A stretch of DNA of 64,000 nt from assembly GCA_050014195.1 (NCBI GenBank), contig JBEKDT010000006.1, positions 128,001 through 192,000 of the forward strand, written 5' to 3'. Positions 58,932-64,000 of this stretch are shown piece after piece. Origin of the DNA: Desulfomonilia bacterium (GTDB lineage: Bacteria; Desulfobacterota; Desulfomonilia; UBA1062). Position 1 is the first letter of the stretch, and every line of letters begins with the position of its first letter. A program made the position numbers and the translations under genes. The notes beneath the pieces are model-generated. The model had not been told where the DNA came from. It did no database searches and saw only the letters and a program-made list of their open reading frames with translations.

Positions 58932-60332
58932 GTGGCTGAATACAGTGACAGAAAAGACAGAACAATCACCACAAGGTGGCAGATAACCGGTGATTTGGCA
59001 AAATTTATTCTAACGCAGGATCTCTCGCACCTGGATGATTGGGGTGGGAAGGAGGCTGTACGCGAGGTCTTGCCCGAGCACTATCAGAAAATTTTCGATC
59101 TCGTACAGACCGATTTGATAAACTGCCTCCTGGAAGAGAAGAACAGGAAAACGGCCATGGGATTTGCGGAGTGCATGGGGAGATGGGGCGACTGGTTTCA
59201 CTCACAACTGGATCAAGGGAAAAAGGTAGTATACCATTATTTTGTCCATACCATCGAGCCTATGCTTGCCCTTGATCTTGCACCCATATGTCTCGAAGTC
59301 CTCTCAGGCTTGACCGCTGCCCTCTATACCGACGGGTGCGAAGAGGGTATCGATGCTATGCATGCCGAAGGGTATCCCGATCACCTCTGTTCTTCCAATA
59401 TGGGAGGAGCCGGCTTTCTCTTAAAAGGATACGTACCTAAACCTGACGCCTTTTTAAAGGGGACCACCCCATGCGATCCCAGCAACAGGGTCTATGAATA
59501 TCTTGCCCGCAAATTTAATGCCCCTCTTATCGTTGTCGAGACTCCCTATTACATGAACGAGCGTGCTCTCAAGTTTTTGACGACTGAAATGAAGAGGATG
59601 ATTGGAAAACTGGAGAAGATTGCAGGGAAAAAGCTCGATGAGGACAAGTTGAGGGAGTACATTAAATTAAGTAATGAAACCGGGGAATATATCTTGAAAA
59701 TTCAGGAATTGAGGAAGCTGGTACCATGCCCAGACACGGGATGGCACCGCCCCGCCGACACCATCTTTACGGCGCAGATGGGAACACCTTTTTCCAGGGA
59801 TTATTTCAAGGGCCTCTACGAGATTGTAAAAGAACGCGCTGACAAGGGCCAGGGAGTCATACCTGAGGGCAAAAAGGAGGTACGCCTGGCGTGGGGATAT
59901 ACCTGGGAGTGCTTTGATCTGCCGTTTTTCAACTGGCTCGAAAACAAATACGGTGCAATCTACACGGAAGATTGTCTCACGTTATTCCCTGCGGACTATG
60001 CGATGATTGATACGACCAACATGGAGACCATGATTGAGGGGCTGGCACAGAGAATGATGCAGGTGCCCATGGCGAGGCAAGCCATGAGCTGGTCAGATAC
60101 CTGGGTAAATGATTTTGTTGATGTAGCAAGGGCGTATAAGGTTGATGCCTTGGCCATTGGCGGTCATATGGCCTGCAAGCATTTCTGGGCGCTCAACAAA
60201 CTTCTTACCGACAAGGTAAAGGAAAAAACTGGTGTTCCCGCCTTGCGTTTCGAAATGGATATGATGGACAAGAGGTTCACCAGTCCCTCGGAGTTGAAAC
60301 GTATTATGGACGACTTTTTTGCAACCTTCTGA
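58932..60332 (+). CDS. Benzoyl-CoA reductase / 2-hydroxyacyl-CoA dehydratase family subunit (BzdO/BcrB-like)
   Basis: GYPDHLCS, TPCD, HMACK, EMDMMD Cys pattern. Confidence 0.82.
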   Translation: MAEYSDRKDRTITTRWQITGDLAKFILTQDLSHLDDWGGKEAVREVLPEHYQKIFDLVQTDLINCLLEEKNRKTAMGFAECMGRWGDWFHSQLDQGKKVVYHYFVHTIEPMLALDLAPICLEVLSGLTAALYTDGCEEGIDAMHAEGYPDHLCSSNMGGAGFLLKGYVPKPDAFLKGTTPCDPSNRVYEYLARKFNAPLIVVETPYYMNERALKFLTTEMKRMIGKLEKIAGKKLDEDKLREYIKLSNETGEYILKIQELRKLVPCPDTGWHRPADTIFTAQMGTPFSRDYFKGLYEIVKERADKGQGVIPEGKKEVRLAWGYTWECFDLPFFNWLENKYGAIYTEDCLTLFPADYAMIDTTNMETMIEGLAQRMMQVPMARQAMSWSDTWVNDFVDVARAYKVDALAIGGHMACKHFWALNKLLTDKVKEKTGVPALRFEMDMMDKRFTSPSELKRIMDDFFATF

Positions 60333-60373
60333 ACCTTTATCTGAAGACGTGATTCATGAAGGGGGAACATAAA

Positions 60374-61159
60374 ATGTTGATCCTTGGTTGTGATGTCGGT
60401 GCCATAACCACAAAGACCGTTATCTTTGGAGACGATGGTATTGTGGCATACGATATAACAGCGAACAACGGCAACCTGACAAAGGTTGTAGATAAAAGCG
60501 TGGATAATGTGATTTCCAAGGCCGGTGTGTCGCTTGCCGGCATCGATGTAAAGGCGGGTACGGGAATGGGTGAACGGTACATCTCCTTTGATCACATCAC
60601 GGAAAGCATTATCAAATGCCTTGCCGTGGCTGCCCATCGGATCCATCCCGATACGCGAACCGTTGTGGATATGGGGGGCTTGATAACCACCGTTATCAGC
60701 ATCAACGAGAAGGGGAAGGTGCTCGAGTACAGAACGAGCGATAAGTGCGCGTCAGGGTGCGGTTTTTTCCTGAGGCTTGCTGCCCAGGCCCTTGAAATGA
60801 AGGTCGAAGATTTTGGTAATCTTATTCTCCCCTACGGGGAAAGTGCCCATATGGGCACCCAGTGTGCAGTATTCGGGGAGAGTGAAATTGTCAGTCATAT
60901 AAATGACGGGGTGGAACCCGCGAAAATTGCAGCCGGGATCAACCACTCCCTAGGAAGATCAGTCACCACGATGATCAACAGGATTGGGGGGATCAAGGAT
61001 ATAGTTGCCACCGGCGGGGTCGCGAAAAACAAAGGTGTGATAAGGGCAATAGAGGAGACACTCGGCATGGAGGTGATCACTCTCTCATCAATAGACGAGC
61101 AGTTGTTAGGCGCACTCGGGGCTGCATTGTGTGCACAGCAGCGAGTGCAGCAGGGATAA
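60374..61159 (+). CDS. ASKHA-type ATP-dependent activase subunit (BzdP/BcrD-like)
   Basis: GCDVG, DMGG, DKCASGCG, QCAVFGESE, TGGVAKN, GALGAAL. Confidence 0.9.
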   Translation: MLILGCDVGAITTKTVIFGDDGIVAYDITANNGNLTKVVDKSVDNVISKAGVSLAGIDVKAGTGMGERYISFDHITESIIKCLAVAAHRIHPDTRTVVDMGGLITTVISINEKGKVLEYRTSDKCASGCGFFLRLAAQALEMKVEDFGNLILPYGESAHMGTQCAVFGESEIVSHINDGVEPAKIAAGINHSLGRSVTTMINRIGGIKDIVATGGVAKNKGVIRAIEETLGMEVITLSSIDEQLLGALGAALCAQQRVQQG

Positions 61160-61171
61160 GGAGGGATTGTA

Positions 61172-62014
61172 ATGATCTATGTGGGTTGTGATGTCGGTTC
61201 CCTCTCGGGCGAAGCAGTAATCATCGAAGATGATTCCATTGTCGAATATGAGATCATACGGGTAAGGCCGAGACCCGAACAAACTGCCTTAGAAGTGACT
61301 GAAAAAGTTCTATCCAAGACGAGCTTGTCGTTTGATGACATAGATTATTGTGTGAGCACGGGCTATGGTAGGGAGAAGATCCCCTTCGCACAGAGCAGCA
61401 TCTCGGAGATCTCCTGTCATGGAAGAGGGGCGCAGTGGGCCAACCCGAGTGTCCGGACGATCATAGATATCGGCGGTCAAGACGCCAAGGTAATCAGGGT
61501 AGACAAATATGGCTACATGGTCGATTTCATAATGAATGACAAGTGCGCTGCCGGGACGGGAAGATTTCTCGAGGGGATGGCAAGGGTTCTGGGTGTCGAG
61601 CTTGAGGATCTTGCAGCCCTCTCTTCCGGGGCAACCTCTCCTGTTGCCTTAACAAAGACGTGCACAGTACTGTCACAATTTGAGGTGTTGTACATGCTCA
61701 ATGATGGGGTAGACCGGGCAAACATTGCTGCCGGGATAAACAGGGCGATGGCTGATAGGATAAGTAAGCTGGTTAAGCGTGTTGGAATAAAGGAAGGGGT
61801 AGCCATAACAGGAGGTGTCGCAAAGAATTTTGCAGTGGTCCAGAGCCTGATAGAGGTGCTCGGAGTAGAGTTTGTGAGCCTTGGTGAAGTTGACCCTCAG
61901 ATTGTTGGAGCCTTGGGTGCAGCCCTATTTGCAAAGGAACGGTGGCAAAAGGCCCGGCAGAGGGAGGCCACCCCGGCTGGAGGAAACAAGGATACAAAGA
62001 GCGTATGTGTCTGA
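61172..62014 (+). CDS. ASKHA-type ATP-dependent activase subunit (BzdQ/BcrA-like)
   Basis: GCDVGS, TGYGR, SEISCHG, DIGGQDAK, MNDKCAAGTGRFLE. Confidence 0.92.
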   Translation: MIYVGCDVGSLSGEAVIIEDDSIVEYEIIRVRPRPEQTALEVTEKVLSKTSLSFDDIDYCVSTGYGREKIPFAQSSISEISCHGRGAQWANPSVRTIIDIGGQDAKVIRVDKYGYMVDFIMNDKCAAGTGRFLEGMARVLGVELEDLAALSSGATSPVALTKTCTVLSQFEVLYMLNDGVDRANIAAGINRAMADRISKLVKRVGIKEGVAITGGVAKNFAVVQSLIEVLGVEFVSLGEVDPQIVGALGAALFAKERWQKARQREATPAGGNKDTKSVCV

Positions 62015-62044
62015 GGGCTTCACGTCTATGCATAGGAGGAAAGA

Positions 62045-62872
62045 ATGTGCGAATGCTGCAACTCACACAAGAGACCCATTAATGAAATCATCGCGGTAAC
62101 AGGAAAGGGCGGGACCGGTAAGACCACCCTGGTATCCCTCATGACCCGAATCCTGCGCTCAAAGGGGTTCTCGGTCCTCGCAGTGGACGCAGACCCTGCG
62201 GTGAGCCTCACTTATGCCCTCGGGTGCACTCCGGTCAAGACCATCGCGGATCTCAGAACAAAAATGATCGAGGATCCAGAAGAGAAGAGGAGGATCAAGG
62301 ACATCCCCATGGAGGAGGTCATAGCTGGGGAAGCAGTCATGACCTTCAACGGATACAGCCTGCTTGTCATGGGCAAGTCAGAGGGACCGGGCTGCTTCTG
62401 CAAGATAAACGATCTCCTCAGGTATGGGATCAGTACGCTCTCGAAGCAATACGACTTCACTCTGGTCGATTGCGAGGCCGGAGTCGAGCAGATCAACAGG
62501 CGCGTTTTGGATACCATCACGAGGCTATTCATGGTGACGGATACGACTGCCAAGGGTCTGCGGACCGCCTCGAGCATCCGCGGGATCGCTGGCGAATACG
62601 GAATTCAGGGTGATTATACCAAGGGGGTGATCCTGAACAGGATACGAGGCACGGAGATCGATGAGATGGTGAAAAAGGCTAATGGTCTGGGCATCGAAAT
62701 CCTGGGCTTCATGCCTGAAGACCCTTGTGTAACGGAACATGATCTGCTGGACATACCCATAACGGACATCCCTGACAATTCCCCCTGTCTGAAGGCGGTC
62801 AGGGATATCCTCGAGAAGCAGGGTTTTTTCAATAATGCTCATCGCCATGAGGCTACAGGCACGCTCCGCTGA
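62045..62872 (+). CDS. CooC/AcsF-like MinD-family ATPase
   Basis: GKGGTGKT, DADP, GPGCFC, DCEAGVE; Cys-rich N-terminus MCECCNSH. Confidence 0.88.
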   Translation: MCECCNSHKRPINEIIAVTGKGGTGKTTLVSLMTRILRSKGFSVLAVDADPAVSLTYALGCTPVKTIADLRTKMIEDPEEKRRIKDIPMEEVIAGEAVMTFNGYSLLVMGKSEGPGCFCKINDLLRYGISTLSKQYDFTLVDCEAGVEQINRRVLDTITRLFMVTDTTAKGLRTASSIRGIAGEYGIQGDYTKGVILNRIRGTEIDEMVKKANGLGIEILGFMPEDPCVTEHDLLDIPITDIPDNSPCLKAVRDILEKQGFFNNAHRHEATGTLR

Positions 62873-62982
62873 ACTTTATGAAGATAGGAGCCGGATTGCA
62901 GGGCAAGGGGTGGATAACGAGGCTGTGAGGTGGGAAGCGCCTTTTTTCTATATATACATCTCATTTTTAAGGAGGAATTGAT

Positions 62983-63717
62983 ATGAAGTGTGTTTTAAAG
63001 TCGGCATTATTTCTTTGTGTATTTTTCATCTTGCCACTCATTGTGCACGCCGAGGATTTCATGGCCCAAGGCAATGCCCTCTTCGACAAAGGGAAGATAA
63101 ACCTGGAGAGCTATAAAGAGTCGGGTGACATGTTCATAAAGGCCCTGGAGGTAAATCCGAACAGCTATGAGGCGGCATGGAAGGCGGCCCGCTCGTACCG
63201 ATATTATGCCGATGAATCCAAGAAAAAGAACACGCAGAACTGGAAGGCTGTCTGCAAGGAGTACGGGAAGATTGGGATGAAGTATGGGGAGAAGGCTATT
63301 GCCCTGAATCCGGATGGTGTTGAAGGCAATACCTGGTACGGGTTCTCGGTAGCGAGCTATTCTGACAGCGTGAGCGTGCTCACGGCTCTCAGGGAAGGTT
63401 TGAAGGATAAGACCCAGAATAGTTTCGAGAGGGCTTACAAGATAAACAAGATGTATCAGGATGGTGGACCCATAAAAGCCCTAGGCCGCTTCTGGTACGT
63501 CCTACCCTGGCCGCTCCAAGACAAGAAATTATCATTACAGTACCTGAGGGAATTTCAGAAAACATTTCCTAATGACCCCGAAGGTCAAGTGTACCTGGGT
63601 GAGACACTCATAAAGAGCGGAGGAAAGGATGAGGCCAAGTCGATTCTCCAGAAGGCATCGGCATCCAACGACAAGTACTATGCCGACTGGGCGAAAAGGC
63701 TTATTGCTAATATGTAA
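62983..63717 (+). CDS. Secreted TPR-like helical protein
   Basis: Signal peptide ending VHA; TPR-like segments (ALEVNP, AIALNP); AGGAGG RBS. Confidence 0.8.
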   Translation: MKCVLKSALFLCVFFILPLIVHAEDFMAQGNALFDKGKINLESYKESGDMFIKALEVNPNSYEAAWKAARSYRYYADESKKKNTQNWKAVCKEYGKIGMKYGEKAIALNPDGVEGNTWYGFSVASYSDSVSVLTALREGLKDKTQNSFERAYKINKMYQDGGPIKALGRFWYVLPWPLQDKKLSLQYLREFQKTFPNDPEGQVYLGETLIKSGGKDEAKSILQKASASNDKYYADWAKRLIANM

Positions 63718-64000
63718 CGGACGTCCGGTTAGCCGGAATCCTCACATCAAGCCCTGAGTGAAAATAGAGAAGCTCGTGCTTGTGGGCATGGGTTGATGTT
63801 GTTTTTTGGCTCCTCGTGTAAGACTCGGTCACTACGGTCAAAACTTCCTGTTTATTCCTGCGTGACCTCCTCTCGGCCCTCTGCCGTATAACATCCTGGA
63901 AGGGAAGTGGAGTCAGTATAAAACGATGATTATGCAATAGAATCATCGGTCCTTAAAGCCCTGAGAAACTGGTGATTATGTGCCAAACCGTGGTGTTTGG

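Noticed and set aside
63707-63946. 79-aa minus-strand ORF at the window end
   Set aside because: No recognisable motifs and it overlaps the upstream gene's stop; cannot be supported.
1-64000. tRNA, rRNA, prophage or integrase genes
   Set aside because: None recognised by eye; a tRNAscan/Infernal run would be needed to exclude small RNAs.

Overview
Bacterial chromosomal window, probably from an anaerobic deltaproteobacterium (Desulfobacterota-like; inferred from gene content only). 1-7.7 kb is the end of the spc/alpha ribosomal-protein superoperon (rplR to rplQ) followed by an ECF-type ATPase. About 7.7-29.2 kb is an accessory mosaic. It holds a hicBA toxin-antitoxin pair between two attC-like sites with no integrase in view, a 304-bp direct repeat bracketing about 14.4 kb, an AT-rich TMTC-like GT-C/TPR gene, an IS1182-like remnant, a tandem MCP-cheW duplication, PAS kinases and a sigma-54 activator. 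29-44 kb holds bioY, transporters, a QuiP-like acylase, PhzF, MATE and a COG2403 (ArcE-like) ATPase with carbamate kinase. 44-64 kb holds a second TMTC-like gene, a PAS kinase and sigma-54 activator, and a catabolic cluster: acyl-CoA dehydrogenase, two SCP2-like proteins, AOR, CoA ligase, a BzdNOPQ-like reductase and a CooC-like ATPase. The most notable signal is a module present twice: PAS kinase, then a REC-PAS(Cys-rich)-sigma54 activator, then TGTAA-N1-3-TTACA palindromes and a sigma-54-like promoter, then a thioredoxin-fold protein with a single-Cys CIRRD motif. One copy precedes the chemoreceptors and the other precedes the catabolic cluster. All calls come from reading motifs by eye; no database searches were run.
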